Positions 23,344-35,626 of a stretch of 64,000 bases of DNA are shown here, piece by piece. This DNA is from Acidobacteriota bacterium (GTDB taxonomy: Bacteria; Acidobacteriota; Blastocatellia; RBC074). The stretch covers positions 238,137 to 302,136 of the forward strand of contig JADJLO010000038.1 of NCBI GenBank assembly GCA_016710075.1. Reading direction: 5' to 3'. How positions within the stretch are numbered: the stretch's first letter is position 1; each line of letters begins with the position of its first letter. The notes beneath the pieces are model-generated. The model did not search any database, was not told the DNA's origin, and saw only the letters and a list, made by a program, of their open reading frames with translations. Both the position numbers and the translations under genes were made by a program.

Positions 23344-24279
23344 TTATATCTCGAAATGAGTGAAATCCTTGAACAGGTGGAAGCGATCGCGGATTTCAGA
23401 CGGCTGGAGCTTCAACAAGCGGTCGCAACTGAACTCCTCGACATTGTAGGAGGCCATGACCGATCCGTAAATCACCGCGCGACGCAGGGTCGTCTCATCG
23501 ATCTTGTCGGACTGGGCGAGATAACCCATAAATCCTCCGGCGAAGCTGTCACCAGCGCCGGTCGGATCGAAAACGCTGTCCAGCGGGAATGCCGGCGTCG
23601 CAAAATAGGTGTCTCTGGTGAAGAAAGCGGCGCCGTATTCACCGCGCTTGACGACGAGCATGCTGGGACCGAGAGTCAGGATCTTCCTTGCGGCGCGGAT
23701 GAGGTTGGGTTCCTGGGCGAGTTCCCGGGCCTCGGCATCGTTGATGATCAGGGCATCGACCACCGCAATCGTCTTGAGCAACTCATCGCGGCTGCTCTCG
23801 ATCCAGTAATTCATGGTATCCATGGCGACAAAGCGTGCGTCTACTTGTTCGCGCACTTCCCGCTGCAGGCCCGGCTGAATATTGGCGAGAAAGAGAAACG
23901 GCGATTTCCTTGCGGTCGGGGAAAGCTCGGGCTTGAATTCGGCAAAGACGTTGAGTTGCGTGTCGAGAGTGCGCGCGGTATTCAGATCGAAACCGTATTC
24001 TCCAACCCAGCGGAAGGTCCGGCCTCCGCTGATTCGCTGCAGGTTATCGGTATTGATCTTCCTTTCGCGAAAAACCGCCTCATCATCGTGCGAAAAATCA
24101 TCGCCGACGACTGCGACCACCGCAACATCGGTAAAAAAAGACGATGAGACCGAAAAGTGCAGTGCGGCGCCCCCCAGACTCCGTTCCCGAACCCCGAAGG
24201 GCGTCTTGATCGAATCGATGGCGACCGACCCGACAACTAACAATGGTGCCGGTGCGGCAGGTGTGGTCGGTATTGTCAT
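23344..24279 (-). CDS. PfkB-family carbohydrate/nucleoside kinase
   Basis: 311 aa; ribokinase-like fold signature …GGAALHFSVSSS… N-terminal and …DPTGAGDSFAGGF… anion-hole/ATP motif near C-terminus. Confidence 0.8.
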   Translation of the reverse strand: MTIPTTPAAPAPLLVVGSVAIDSIKTPFGVRERSLGGAALHFSVSSSFFTDVAVVAVVGDDFSHDDEAVFRERKINTDNLQRISGGRTFRWVGEYGFDLNTARTLDTQLNVFAEFKPELSPTARKSPFLFLANIQPGLQREVREQVDARFVAMDTMNYWIESSRDELLKTIAVVDALIINDAEARELAQEPNLIRAARKILTLGPSMLVVKRGEYGAAFFTRDTYFATPAFPLDSVFDPTGAGDSFAGGFMGYLAQSDKIDETTLRRAVIYGSVMASYNVEEFSCDRLLKLQPSEIRDRFHLFKDFTHFEI

Positions 24280-24286
24280 TAAAAAA

Positions 24287-24766
24287 CTATCCCTTCTTAT
24301 CCTTGTTTTGAGTCTTCGCTTCTTCCAGCCTCTTCTGTACGTCGGCTTTCAATGCGCTGTCCGGATATTCCTTCGTCACTCTGGTCCAGTACTGGATGGC
24401 CTTTTGTCCTGATCTCCCATCCTCTTTGTAGACCTCACCGAGCATGAAATAGACATCATCCGTCCGGCCAAAATTCGGATTGCTGTCAAGAATCTCCATC
24501 AGCCTGCCTTCAACGGCCTTATTGAGACGCTCCCAGCCATCCTTGTCTTTTTTGTCGGGCTTTCGTTTGTAGAAGTAGTATTTGGCCACTTCGAGGTTGT
24601 GATATGACTGCTTTTCGAGCTCAGGGTCACTTGGCAGCGATACCGGTCCGCGACCCGGCCCCTGCTGGATGGACGAAACCGGAACTGATGCCGCAGCAAC
24701 AACATTGAACAGCGCCAGTACCCCTGAAAATAGAATCGATAACCTGATGAATGAACGAGGTTTCAT
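24287..24766 (-). CDS. secreted hypothetical protein (possible TPR/lipoprotein)
   Basis: 159 aa with signal peptide and Lys-rich soluble domain. Confidence 0.45.
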   Translation of the reverse strand: MKPRSFIRLSILFSGVLALFNVVAAASVPVSSIQQGPGRGPVSLPSDPELEKQSYHNLEVAKYYFYKRKPDKKDKDGWERLNKAVEGRLMEILDSNPNFGRTDDVYFMLGEVYKEDGRSGQKAIQYWTRVTKEYPDSALKADVQKRLEEAKTQNKDKKG

Positions 24767-24804
24767 ACAACCTTACCTCTTTTTGAGTTAAAAAAATTTA
24801 TTCC

Positions 24805-25674
24805 CTATTCACCGACGTATTTGCCGATGATCGCATTCAGCTTTTTCTTTGTTGCCGCCGGAATAGCCTCACGCTGTGTGAGTATCGCATTTTTGAGCGC
24901 CGATGAATGCCCGCACTCGCGTCGGCTGCCTGTAAGCCGGTTGACTGCCTCGCGGATGATCTTCTGGGCATTGACCGCATTTTTATTGAGATACTCGATA
25001 ATCATATCGATTGTGACGGCGTCGTGTTCGGGGTGCCAGCAGTCGTAATCGGTCACCAAGGCCATGGTGGCATAGCAGATTTCGGCTACGCGAGCGAGCT
25101 TCGCTTCCTGCAGATTGGTCATTCCGATGACATCCATTCCCCAGGTTCTGTAGAGACGGGATTCCGCCAGTGTCGAGAAGGCGGGCCCTTCCATATTTAG
25201 ATACGTGCCGCCGCGATGTATTTTTACCCCGATCGATTCGCCGGCATCGGCAATGACATTGCAGAGGTCGTCACAAACCGGATGCGCAAAGGTGATGTGA
25301 GCGACCACGCCCTCGCCGAAGAATGTCGAGACACGCCCGCGCGTGCGGTCGAAGAACTGGTCGGGAACGACAATGTCTGTCGGCGCATACTGCTCCTGAA
25401 GCGAGCCGACCGCTGAAGCCGAAATAATCCATTCGACTCCGAGCAGCTTCATCGCATAAATGTTGGCCCTGAACGGCAGCTCTGTCGGCATGAGGCGGTG
25501 CCCGCGCCCGTGCCGTGCGAGAAACGCAACCGGAGTCCCGTCAAGCGTCCCAAGTATCAGATTGTCCGAAGGCTTGCCGAATGGAGTATCAATGCTGATT
25601 TCACGAACATCGCTCAGCCCCTCCATCTGATAAAGCCCGCTGCCTCCAATGATTCCTATTGTTGCCTTTTCCAT
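24805..25674 (-). CDS. mtnP: S-methyl-5'-thioadenosine phosphorylase
   Basis: 289 aa; …[10 protein letters not shown]… phosphate-binding start and PNP/MTAP family blocks. Confidence 0.9.
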   Translation of the reverse strand: MEKATIGIIGGSGLYQMEGLSDVREISIDTPFGKPSDNLILGTLDGTPVAFLARHGRGHRLMPTELPFRANIYAMKLLGVEWIISASAVGSLQEQYAPTDIVVPDQFFDRTRGRVSTFFGEGVVAHITFAHPVCDDLCNVIADAGESIGVKIHRGGTYLNMEGPAFSTLAESRLYRTWGMDVIGMTNLQEAKLARVAEICYATMALVTDYDCWHPEHDAVTIDMIIEYLNKNAVNAQKIIREAVNRLTGSRRECGHSSALKNAILTQREAIPAATKKKLNAIIGKYVGE

Positions 25675-25726
25675 TTTCCCTCTAAAGCGATTGTTTCTGA
25701 TGCCGGTGGCCGGTGGAATGAGACAG

Positions 25727-25879
25727 GATTACGAAACAGACGGAATAAACGAAACAAACGAAAAAACTGACGGAGATAAAAGTCCTGGTTCTTCTGCTGT
25801 TCGTTTATTTTGAAGATGACTCTCACTGAACGCATGAGAATCTTTCGTTTGTTTCGTTTATTCCGTCTGTTTCGTAATC
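25727..25879. repeat. family B hairpin element (GATTACGAAACAGACGGAATAAACGAAACAAACGAAA … TTTCGTTTGTTTCGTTTATTCCGTCTGTTTCGTAATC)
   Basis: Seen: near-perfect ~37-bp inverted arms ~25727-25764 and ~25844-25879 with ~80-bp loop; shares terminus and core with the 20512-20737 element. Confidence 0.75.
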
Positions 25880-25884
25880 TATCT

Positions 25885-25926
25885 TTCCTCTGGCTTTCCT
25901 CTGGCGTTCCTCTGGCTTTCCTCTGG
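25885..25926. repeat. tandem 10/11-bp repeat TTCCTCTGGC(K) x4 immediately adjacent to the family B element
   Basis: Seen: TTTCCTCTGGCTTTCCTCTGGCGTTCCTCTGGCTTTCCTCTGG. Confidence 0.8.
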
Positions 25927-25946
25927 ATCGGAATGCTTACTCCGAT

Positions 25947-27173
25947 TTACTTTTTCTCTTTCGAGTCCATTTGTTTGTTCAGGTTCGGAACTGCACCGGA
26001 ACGGTTAGGATCGAATCCGGGAATCTTGACTGGAAAATCAGCGGGCACTTCCACCTTGTATTTGAGGGAGGCGTCTTCGAGTGCTCGTTTGACCTTTTCA
26101 TCTATCATCTTCCGCTCGAAGCTCTGAGCCTCGGTAGTGCTGACATAGATGTGGCGAGCTTTGATCTCATCGACCGGTTCAGGTTTGGGGGTTGGCGCAG
26201 CGGCTCCCTTGTTCGCGTCGGCGCCGGCCGCAGGGGTTGGAGCAGGGGCCGGGATGGCCTTGCGCTTGTCGTCGACGCGGACGATATGGAATCCGAAGCT
26301 GGTCTTGATCAGTTCAGTTGAGACCTGCCCCTTTTCCATGGAGAAAGCGGCCTTTTCAAAATCCGGATCCATCTTTCCCTTCGAGAACCAGTCGAGATCA
26401 CCGCCGCGACCGCGGGTTCCATCGTCATTGAACTCGTCGGCGAGCTTCTCAAAACTCTCTCCCTTCTTGAGCCTGTCAAGAAGCGTCTGGGCATTTGCCT
26501 TGAGCTTTTCAATGTCGGCCTCAGGGTGTTCTGCGAGGTATTTCGCCTTATCCGCATCCGAGGGTTTGAGCTTATCTTCAAGCGATTCGGTGTAGAGGTT
26601 CGCAAGCAGATTGGCCTTGCTGATCTTGAGCTGGACCTTGCTGATCGCTTCTTTATCGAGGTTCGCCTGGCGCGCCCGCTGCGCCCTGACCATCAATTCT
26701 CCCCACTGCTGTTTGAGCTGTTCCTTCTGTTCGTCGGAGCCCTGCTCCTTTCTCCCCTCACTGACCATCTTGTAATCCTGTTCGAATTGCGCCTTGTGCG
26801 TATCGCAATAGCCATTGACCTCTTCCTGGGAGATAGTCACTTCAGGATTTCGCTTGGTGTACTCGGTGGCAAGCATCTGCTCAGTGCTCAGGGCAAAACG
26901 ATTTTTAAACTTCTCAGTCTTGTGAATGCCTTCCGCTTCCGCGGCCTGGGCCAGTGCAAAAGCCTGCTTGAATGTCTGGATAAGCTGTTTGCGCTGCCCA
27001 TCATTCTGGCCCAGCATTCTCTTCTGGCTGTCATTAAGCGATTCGGCCAGCGTTGAAAGCTCGGCGGACTCCAGTTTTGCGAATTCGCTTTTGAAGATAA
27101 AGCCGCAAGACTGTATCGACGCGAAGATCGCTATCAATGAGATTGATAATATTGCTTTACTTATGGATTTCAA
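25947..27173 (-). CDS. periplasmic peptidyl-prolyl cis-trans isomerase (SurA/PpiD-like chaperone domain + parvulin domain)
   Basis: 408 aa; signal peptide, coiled chaperone-like region, C-terminal parvulin block (…ARHIYVST…FGFHIVRVDDKR…). Track start is TTG. Confidence 0.7.
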   Translation of the reverse strand: MKSISKAILSISLIAIFASIQSCGFIFKSEFAKLESAELSTLAESLNDSQKRMLGQNDGQRKQLIQTFKQAFALAQAAEAEGIHKTEKFKNRFALSTEQMLATEYTKRNPEVTISQEEVNGYCDTHKAQFEQDYKMVSEGRKEQGSDEQKEQLKQQWGELMVRAQRARQANLDKEAISKVQLKISKANLLANLYTESLEDKLKPSDADKAKYLAEHPEADIEKLKANAQTLLDRLKKGESFEKLADEFNDDGTRGRGGDLDWFSKGKMDPDFEKAAFSMEKGQVSTELIKTSFGFHIVRVDDKRKAIPAPAPTPAAGADANKGAAAPTPKPEPVDEIKARHIYVSTTEAQSFERKMIDEKVKRALEDASLKYKVEVPADFPVKIPGFDPNRSGAVPNLNKQMDSKEKK

Positions 27174-27298
27174 GATCTGACTCCTTGGTTATTTTTTTAG
27201 ATAGCTGTGCGGTTACCTCTACGGAGGCTTTATTTATTCGCCGGCACAGATCGCAAGGGCGGAAACGCCTTGCTTGACAAAAATTTTGCGACTGGGGC

Positions 27299-27721
27299 TC
27301 AGTGAGAGCCGGTTCCCTTCTGCGTCAACTCGATGAGCACTCCGCCGGTGTTGGCCGGGTGGATGAAGGCCACCAGGGCTCCAGCTGCGCCGATCCTCGG
27401 CTGCTCGTCTATCAAACGAACTCCACGCGTTTTGAGTTCTTCAAGTTTGGCCGCGACGTCATCCACCTCGACGCAGATGTGATGGATTCCCTGGCCGCGC
27501 TTTGCAATGAACTTCCCGACCGGCGTCTCATCTCCTGTCGGCTCCAGCAGTTCTATGCGGCTCTCACCGATCGGCAGCAGAGCTACTTTGACACCCTGGT
27601 CCTCGACGACTTCCACCGCCCCGAGTTCCAGCCCCATTCCTTCACGCCAGAAATTCAATGCATCCTCAATCGAGCTGACGGCAACTCCAAGGTGCTGAAT
27701 TTTCGATACTTTCGATGACAT
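27299..27721 (-). CDS. mce: methylmalonyl-CoA epimerase (VOC/glyoxalase-fold)
   Basis: …IQHLGVAVSSIEDALNFW… and …IHHICVEVDDV… metal-binding halves of the VOC fold; directly downstream of meaB. Track start TTG at 27745; ATG at 27721. Confidence 0.7.
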   Translation of the reverse strand: MSSKVSKIQHLGVAVSSIEDALNFWREGMGLELGAVEVVEDQGVKVALLPIGESRIELLEPTGDETPVGKFIAKRGQGIHHICVEVDDVAAKLEELKTRGVRLIDEQPRIGAAGALVAFIHPANTGGVLIELTQKGTGSH

Positions 27722-27748
27722 AAACAATTCCTTCAAAAAGTCCAAACT

Positions 27749-28708
<960 letters not shown>

Positions 28709-28915
28709 TAGTGGCCGGTTACCATGATTCGTCTGATCTTGACGCGATTTCCGCGTCCGAAACAAGTTTTTAAATATAACCGTAAACCGTTTGAAATTCC
28801 ACCTGTGTGCGCCGTTTAAAGTTTCGGGTGCAAAGATTCGCCAATTACAGGTCAAACCTCTTTTAACTTTGAACATTAAACTTTAAACTGCCTTGGAGGA
28901 GGCCTTCGAGGAGAC

Positions 28916-29509
28916 ATGATGACGGCAGATCTGATAACTACACTTGGAACCGCAATGGGATCGGCCTGGCTTTCGGGAATCAATCTCTATGCCACGGTCG
29001 TGACGCTGGGAATTCTGGAGAGATTCAAGCTGGTGAAGCTGCCCGGCGGGTTGGATATGCTTGGAAACTGGTGGGTCATTGGCCTGGCCGGTGGGATGTA
29101 TCTGATAGAGTTCGTTGCCGACAAGGTTCCGGTGGTCGATTCTGCCTGGGACGCGGTGCATACGTTTATTCGGGTTCCTGCAGGCGCGATACTTGCGGCA
29201 ACGGCTTTTGCTGAATTCGATCCGGCAGTAAAGATTACGGCAATGATCCTCGGTGGTGGGATAGCGCTGGGTTCGCACGGGACAAAAGCCGCCACGCGGC
29301 TTGCGGCAAACACAAGTCCCGAGCCGATTTCAAACATCGCGCTCAGCCTCGGCGAGGATGCCCTGACCTTCGGCTCGACCATATTGATGGCCTTCTATCC
29401 GATAGCCATTCTGATCGTCGTTATTATTTTCCTCGTCATCGCCATCTGGCTGGTACCGAAGATCGTCAGGGGACTTAGGAGCTTGTTCGTTCGGGTCAGA
29501 GATGCTTGA
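28916..29509 (+). CDS. DUF4126-like integral membrane protein
   Basis: 197 aa, 4-5 TM segments, strong SD (GGAGGAGG) upstream. Confidence 0.55.
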   Translation: MMTADLITTLGTAMGSAWLSGINLYATVVTLGILERFKLVKLPGGLDMLGNWWVIGLAGGMYLIEFVADKVPVVDSAWDAVHTFIRVPAGAILAATAFAEFDPAVKITAMILGGGIALGSHGTKAATRLAANTSPEPISNIALSLGEDALTFGSTILMAFYPIAILIVVIIFLVIAIWLVPKIVRGLRSLFVRVRDA

Positions 29510-30689
29510 AGTTGAGCCGTTTGTAAATGCCGATCAGATCGGCTGCGACATCGTCCCATGTTGCGGCTGCTCCGGTTGAGGCGATCCCGGCTCGATTCCA
29601 TTTGCGATCGAGCGCGCAGAGTATCGCCTGAGCAAGGGCTGCGGCAGAATATTCATAAATAATCTGACCGCAATCCGGTTGACCGATCAATTCTCGCACC
29701 CCGCCGACATCGACTGAAACTACCGGAGTCCCGCAGGACAAGGACTCGATGACGACATTCGGGCACCCTTCACGATGGCTGGCAAGGCATAAAAGGTCAG
29801 CCGCCGAATACCATTCCGCGAGTTCGGCCTGAGTTTTCACTCCGGCAAGCACGATCTTATTTGAAAGACCCAGTCCGTCAATTTTCCCCTGCAGCCTTTC
29901 TCTTTCCGGCCCTTCACCAGCGATGTAGAGTTTGAGACCACGACTGTCGAGCAGGCTCATGGCATCGATCAGCCTGTCAAAGCCTTTTTCTTTGACGAGA
30001 GAGCCGGCGGCAAGAATTACTTTCAACTCCTGCTCGATTCCCAGCTTCCGACGGGATTGCGTCATGTCCCTGAGGTGAAAGACCGACTTGTCGACGCCAT
30101 TGCGAACGACGCTTATCTTTTGTTCGGCGATACCGAGTGAGACGATCTTGTCTTTGAGGGCGGCACTTACGGCGACGATATGGCCGGCTTTCTGAAGGGT
30201 TCCCTTGATGAGGGGGCGAATCAGAGGCATCTCGGAGAAGAGGTTGATGTCGGTCCCGCGCGCTGTTATCACGACTCGCAGGCCAAGCTTCCGCGCAATT
30301 TTCACAGCAGCGTAGCCATCAGGATAAACGTAATGAGCGTCGATGAGATCGATTGGATCTGCTTCGTGAAGCCTGCGGATGAGGCCCTCCGCGCCCTTCG
30401 CCATCCACTTGCCATAGAAGCTCATTCCGATCTTCGGAGTGACAAGATATCGCGGATGCCACGTTCCGATGCCTTCAATTTTCTCGAACTCCGGAATTCG
30501 AGACATCAGCGCCCATCGATTCGGGATTAACCTTGAATTCAGAGATTGCGGGAAAAACGGGACAGGAGCGACGCAGCGGAGATTGACGCCTTCAATACGA
30601 CTCAGCGCGCAGAGACGGTTCTTGACAAACAGGCCAAAGCCCGGCTGTTCACTGTTCGGCCAGAGTGTGGTGAAGGCGAGAATGTTCAT
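29496..30689 (-). CDS. glycosyltransferase family 1 (GT4-like)
   Basis: 397 aa; C-terminal E-x7-E-like region (…ASHREGCPNVVIESLSCGTPVV…). Confidence 0.8.
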   Translation of the reverse strand: MNILAFTTLWPNSEQPGFGLFVKNRLCALSRIEGVNLRCVAPVPFFPQSLNSRLIPNRWALMSRIPEFEKIEGIGTWHPRYLVTPKIGMSFYGKWMAKGAEGLIRRLHEADPIDLIDAHYVYPDGYAAVKIARKLGLRVVITARGTDINLFSEMPLIRPLIKGTLQKAGHIVAVSAALKDKIVSLGIAEQKISVVRNGVDKSVFHLRDMTQSRRKLGIEQELKVILAAGSLVKEKGFDRLIDAMSLLDSRGLKLYIAGEGPERERLQGKIDGLGLSNKIVLAGVKTQAELAEWYSAADLLCLASHREGCPNVVIESLSCGTPVVSVDVGGVRELIGQPDCGQIIYEYSAAALAQAILCALDRKWNRAGIASTGAAATWDDVAADLIGIYKRLNFKHL

Positions 30690-30696
30690 TCGGATT

Positions 30697-32591
30697 TCAT
30701 CGATGCATGAATTTTCGCTGCCAAAGCCTGAAGATCAGGGCAGTCCACAGAGGACGCGAGAAATCGCTCAATCCTGATTGATGTTTGCGCCAGAGTTCGT
30801 CGACATATTTTCCATCGATCAGTCCGTCATCAGCGCCGCCATTGAAAAGGATCTCCCGTGCCATCGGTTTTAAATCCGTTCGCAGCCATTCCGAAATCGG
30901 AATGACAAAGCCTCTTTTGGGCCGATCGAGCACTTGTCGAGGCAGCAGACTCTCGGCAGCCTTCCTAAAGATATATTTCCCCTGGAGCCCCTTCAATTTC
31001 AAGCGAGAGGGAATGCGGGCAGCCAGAGCCATGAATTTGTGATCGAGCAACGGGCTTCGCACTTCGAGCGAGACTGCCATCTTGCACGATCGACCTTGGT
31101 CAGAATGTCATCGGCCAGATAGGTTTTGATGTCCGCATACATCGCGCAGGAGAGCGGATCGCGGGAGCCGGAGCTTTTGTAATGTCTTAGAAACTGGTCA
31201 AACGGATCGTAGCCGTTCAAGGAAGCGAGAAACTCTTTGCCGAGTATCCTGTCTCTGTGTTGAGCAACTGCACCGTAAACGGAATTGAAATATGCAGATG
31301 CCGGGTCGAGCGAAAGATTCATGAGCGTCGATTTCGCTCTCAGGGGTTGTGGCAGCCAGTCAGCTTTAGGGTATATTGCCGCCATCGCGCCAAACAGCGG
31401 CTCTCGAATGAATTGAGGCAGAAAAGCGCGGACTCTGTTTTCCGCCGCATCGAAGAGATACCTTCTGTAACCGGCAAAGTTCTCATCGCCGCCGTCGCCT
31501 GAAAGCGCCACCTTGACAAACTGCCGGGCAGCCTGTGATACGTAAAATGCGGGGATGGCGGATGAGTCTGCAAAGGGCTCATCGAAATGCCACGCCAGCT
31601 TTTCAATAACTCCGGCTGAATCGGGTGTAATCATGCTCTCGTGATGATCCGTTCCAAGCAATCCGGCCAGTTCGCGGGCTTCGGAAGTCTCACTGTATTG
31701 CTCAAGACTGAATCCGACCGTCGTGGTGGTTACCGGCCTGTCAGCGAGTCCGGTCATCTGTGAGACGACGGCGGAAGAATCGAGCCCGCCTGAGAGGAAC
31801 GCGCCCAGGGGCACATCGCTGATCATCCGTAGTTCAACGGCTTTTTGGAATTCCTCAATCAGCAAATCGCACCACTCGGATTCCGTGCGATCGTCTGTCT
31901 GGCCGAAATCCAGATCCCAGTATTTGCGAATGAGGATACCTTCGGGACTGGCGACCAGGATGTGTCCCGCTGGCAATTTCCTTACCCCTCGAAAAATGGT
32001 CTTTGGCGACGGGATATATTGACAGGTGAAGTAATCGGCCAGAGCTTCGCAATCGAGTTCACGCTCAACCGAAGGATGTTCGATGACGGCTTTGAGTTCC
32101 GACCCGAAAATCAAGGAGCCTTTTGTGTCTGCGTAATAGAGTGGCTTCTTGCCCACTCGATCTCTGGCCAGTATGACTTTATTCTTTCGAAAATCCCGGA
32201 TGGCGAAGGCAAACATGCCTCTGAGTTTATCCACACAGGATTCCCCGAATTCTTCGTAAAGATGAAGGATCGTCTCGGTATCAGACCGCGTTTTGAAGCT
32301 ACGGCCGCGACTTGAAAGATACTGGTTAAGCTCTCTGTAATTATAGATTTCGCCATTGAAGACGATGGCCAGGGATCCGTCCTCGTTGAGCATCGGCTGA
32401 TGGCCCGATTGCAAATCGATAACCGACAGGCGGCGATGCCCGAGGCCAATTGGATTCTGGCTTTTATTGTCGATAAAATAACCGGCATCATCCGGGCCGC
32501 GATGAGCCAGCACTCCCGTCATTGCCCGCAGTATCTCTTCGCGGATCGGTTGACCGCTGCTGTAACTATAAATGCCGCTGATACCGCACAT
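30697..32591 (-). CDS. asparagine synthetase-family glutamine amidotransferase (exosortase-system-associated amidotransferase type), frameshifted near ~31075-31085
   Basis: Track ORF 30999..32591 starts MCGISGIY (N-terminal Cys nucleophile) and carries …SGGLDSS… PP-loop. It ends …[12 protein letters not shown]…, while the +1 frame continues …(DRAS)[14 protein letters not shown]… into ORF 30697..31080, the canonical AsnB C-terminal block. One missing nucleotide restores a ~630-aa protein. Confidence 0.8.
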
Positions 32592-32594
32592 GAT

Positions 32595-33833
32595 TCAAAC
32601 CCGTTTCATTTGTACCAACTCACGGGCTATCAGATGAAAGCTCGTCGAAAGAGCCGCGATCTCATAGAACAGTTCAAGATCGTTCCGGCTCAGAAAATTG
32701 GCCGAAACGACATATCCGATCAGGGCGATTTCAAGACCGTGCGAATAAGCGATCAGCTTTGAATCAGGAGCCCTTGATCTGAGATCGCTCCTGGCCCTGC
32801 GGAGTCTGTAAAAACTCAGCACGATAATCGACAGAAAAATTATCAGCGCCGGCAAGCCGGCATCGACAGCCATCTGCAGAAAAGAGTTATGAGCGACTCT
32901 GACAGCCGTTGTATCGCTGTAGCGGCTGTATGCTTCGAGCATACTCCGCGGTCCGACGCCGAAGACCGGATGATCGGCAATGATCGAGAGGCAGACCCGC
33001 CAGGTCGCCAGTCTCATCTGCGCGGATTCATCGGCTTCGCTCGCATTTCTGATCGTCCCGACACGCTCAACCACCCTCGCAGGCAACACGAACAGAAGCA
33101 GCAGACCGAGAACAATGACTGCGGCAATGCCGCTCAATTTATGTCGCGACTTGAGAGCGATGCATAAAGCCACCACGCATAATCCAAGGAATCCGCCTCT
33201 CGAAAGAGTGAAGATAACCGTGATCATCATCATGGCCGACAAGACGTAGCAGCTTCTTTTCAGCCAGATCTGAGGTTCTCCCCGCCCGGCATAAAACGCC
33301 AGTGGCGCCGCCACATTGAGCAGCAGCGCGTAATCGTTATTGTCTTCAAAGGCCCCGCCGGGGCCGTAGATTCGCGTCTGCCCGAGCGTCAGCAGAATGC
33401 CCAGGTTCGATCGAAATGCCAGAAAACCAATTGAAAAAACAGTGCATAAAATCAGCCACCGGACTCGTTTTTCCGAATCGACCATGGCCGTGATCAGAAG
33501 CGCGATGAGTAGCGTCTTGCTGAATTCGATCAGCTTTGCCTGGGCGGTCGCCGGGAATTCCGAAAGAAATGCCGCAAGTGCGAGCTGCAGCCAAAGCAGC
33601 AGAATCAGGCCAGTCGGAATGAGCTGTGGAGACCGCTTCGTCAACTCGAAAATCAGATATCCGATCAGGGTCGAGCCCGCGACCGCGAGAGATAACTGGG
33701 TGGTCGGCATATATGCCCATTCATGCGGACGCACATAGGCTATCCAGACATAGCTCATCAACCCGGTAAATGGGGCGAAAAACGCCAGCGGGATCAGCAG
33801 AAATATTATGCTAAAGATGAGTAGCTGTCGCAT
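32595..33833 (-). CDS. O-antigen ligase-like (Wzy_C) polymerase/ligase membrane protein
   Basis: 412 aa, ~10 TM; …TLSRGGFLG… and …[16 protein letters not shown]… motifs characteristic of the O-antigen ligase family. Confidence 0.7.
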   Translation of the reverse strand: MRQLLIFSIIFLLIPLAFFAPFTGLMSYVWIAYVRPHEWAYMPTTQLSLAVAGSTLIGYLIFELTKRSPQLIPTGLILLLWLQLALAAFLSEFPATAQAKLIEFSKTLLIALLITAMVDSEKRVRWLILCTVFSIGFLAFRSNLGILLTLGQTRIYGPGGAFEDNNDYALLLNVAAPLAFYAGRGEPQIWLKRSCYVLSAMMMITVIFTLSRGGFLGLCVVALCIALKSRHKLSGIAAVIVLGLLLLFVLPARVVERVGTIRNASEADESAQMRLATWRVCLSIIADHPVFGVGPRSMLEAYSRYSDTTAVRVAHNSFLQMAVDAGLPALIIFLSIIVLSFYRLRRARSDLRSRAPDSKLIAYSHGLEIALIGYVVSANFLSRNDLELFYEIAALSTSFHLIARELVQMKRV

Positions 33834-33869
33834 TCAAAAGGTGCGAGGGGCAGGGGCCCCGGATTTGAT

Positions 33870-34424
33870 CTATTTTCTGGCGCTGAAATTGGCGGACTGG
33901 TCACTGACGCCCTGCCTCTTGTTTGCGACTCTTGCCATGACGAAAAGCAGGTCGGACATCCTGTTGAGATAGATCAAAGCCTGCTGGTTGATCTCTTCGT
34001 GAGCGGCGAGGGTCACAACGGCGCGCTCGGCCCTGCGAGCAACTGTCCTTGCCAGATGCAGTACTGATCCGAACTCGGAACCGCCCGGCAGAATGAATTC
34101 CTTGAGCGGTTCGAGCTCCTCCAGAAGCAGGTCGATCAAATGCTCCAGCTCCGTCACGTGATCCTCATCGATCCGGGGGACCTGAATACTCAAAGGGCTT
34201 GCGAGATCGGCTCCGACGATGAAAAGCTCGTTCTGTATTTTTCCAAGCGCCTCATCGAGCTGAGTATCCACCAGTCCGACCCGCGACAGCCCGAGCCACG
34301 AATTAAGTTCGTCCACGTCTCCGTAAGCAGCAACCCGCACATCCGCCTTGCTGACGCGGCTCCCATCGACCAGCGACGTCTGACCCGCATCACCGCTCTT
34401 CGTATAAACTCTCGTTATCCTCAA
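33870..34424 (-). CDS. PduO-type ATP:cob(I)alamin adenosyltransferase
   Basis: 184 aa; …[12 protein letters not shown]…[15 protein letters not shown]… N-terminal signature of MMAB/PduO-type ATR. Track start is TTG. Confidence 0.85.
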   Translation of the reverse strand: MRITRVYTKSGDAGQTSLVDGSRVSKADVRVAAYGDVDELNSWLGLSRVGLVDTQLDEALGKIQNELFIVGADLASPLSIQVPRIDEDHVTELEHLIDLLLEELEPLKEFILPGGSEFGSVLHLARTVARRAERAVVTLAAHEEINQQALIYLNRMSDLLFVMARVANKRQGVSDQSANFSARK

Positions 34425-34443
34425 AAATGACTCCTTTTGATTA

Positions 34444-35577
34444 TCAGTTGATAATTTTTGAATATAGATCCGAATATTTTCCGATCATTATTTCAGAGTT
34501 GCCTTGGCCTTCGACACGGAGCCTGCCGGCTGCGCCAAACGCGGTTGCCATCTTTTTATCGTTGTAAAAAGCGGCAATCCTGTCTGCCAGCATTCGCGAA
34601 TTCTCCGGCTCGACAAGAAATCCCGAAACCCCATCATCGACCAGATCAGGCAAAGCGCCAACGGCGGAGGCCACTACTGGAAGTCTGGAGGCCATGGCTT
34701 CAAGGACCGTCAGGGGCATCCCTTCGGACAATGACGCCAGCACAAAAACATTCATCGCGCCAAGCAATCGCGGCACATCGTCGCGAGCGCCGGTAAAGAC
34801 GACTTCAGACGATAGCCCGGCCTCGTTGACGCACTGCTGCAGGGAGCTTCTCAATTCTCCATCTCCGACAATCAGAAGTCTGATGTCGGCTTGAGAGTGG
34901 GACTGCCTGAGATTGGCGTATGCCCTGACAAGAGTGAACAGATCCTTGGGAGGGCTCAGTCTCGCCACCGTCCCAATGACGAAATGGTTTCCATCTAATC
35001 CCAATTCAGGCCGGATGTCTTTTCTGTCAGCCTGATCGATCCGGTTGAGATCGATGCCGTTCGGAATCACGCCCATCCGGGATCGTGGAAAGCCTGTCTG
35101 ACCGCAAAAATAGTCGGCGAGCTCGCCCGAAACGGTGAAGACTGCATCCGAGAAATGATACAACAGCCTCCGGGCAATCCTGCTTTTGATCGGCTCGCTT
35201 TTGATATTCGGCCAATTCCTGCCGTGTTCAGAGTGAACCAGCCGCCAGGTTTTCGCCGGCAGCCCGGCGATCATTGTGTCGATACCGGATCGGTTCTGAG
35301 TATGCACGATATCGGGTTTTTCATCCCGAATGACGCGCGCGATCTTGAACGGCATCAAGCGGTCAGCGGCTTCTCCTTTTCCGATTTCGATCACCCGGAC
35401 ATCGGCATGCAGAAACTTCGCCGCCTCGCCAACTTTCGATATGCAGCAGATCGATTGCGAAAAGCGGTTGCGATCGAGTCCGTTGGCGACATCAATCACA
35501 ACGCGCTCCATCCCACCCATACCGAGCGAATCCAGGATGTGTAGAATTTTTACCGGGTCCCTGGACATAGCCACCAT
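34444..35577 (-). CDS. glycosyltransferase family 1
   Basis: 377 aa; GT-B fold blocks (…[18 protein letters not shown]…, C-terminal …[22 protein letters not shown]…). Confidence 0.8.
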   Translation of the reverse strand: MVAMSRDPVKILHILDSLGMGGMERVVIDVANGLDRNRFSQSICCISKVGEAAKFLHADVRVIEIGKGEAADRLMPFKIARVIRDEKPDIVHTQNRSGIDTMIAGLPAKTWRLVHSEHGRNWPNIKSEPIKSRIARRLLYHFSDAVFTVSGELADYFCGQTGFPRSRMGVIPNGIDLNRIDQADRKDIRPELGLDGNHFVIGTVARLSPPKDLFTLVRAYANLRQSHSQADIRLLIVGDGELRSSLQQCVNEAGLSSEVVFTGARDDVPRLLGAMNVFVLASLSEGMPLTVLEAMASRLPVVASAVGALPDLVDDGVSGFLVEPENSRMLADRIAAFYNDKKMATAFGAAGRLRVEGQGNSEIMIGKYSDLYSKIIN

Positions 35578-35626
35578 CTCAGCAATGAAGGCGATGCAAT
35601 GAACAAAGCTCTCATTATCCGTAATT

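Noticed and set aside
25885-25926. Possible CRISPR array suggested by short direct repeats (TTCCTCTGGC x4; also CATTCTG x4 at 23308-23341 and 9-bp repeats at 59406-59457)
   Set aside because: Repeats are contiguous with no unique spacers, units are 7-11 bp, and no cas genes are present; they are simple tandem repeats.
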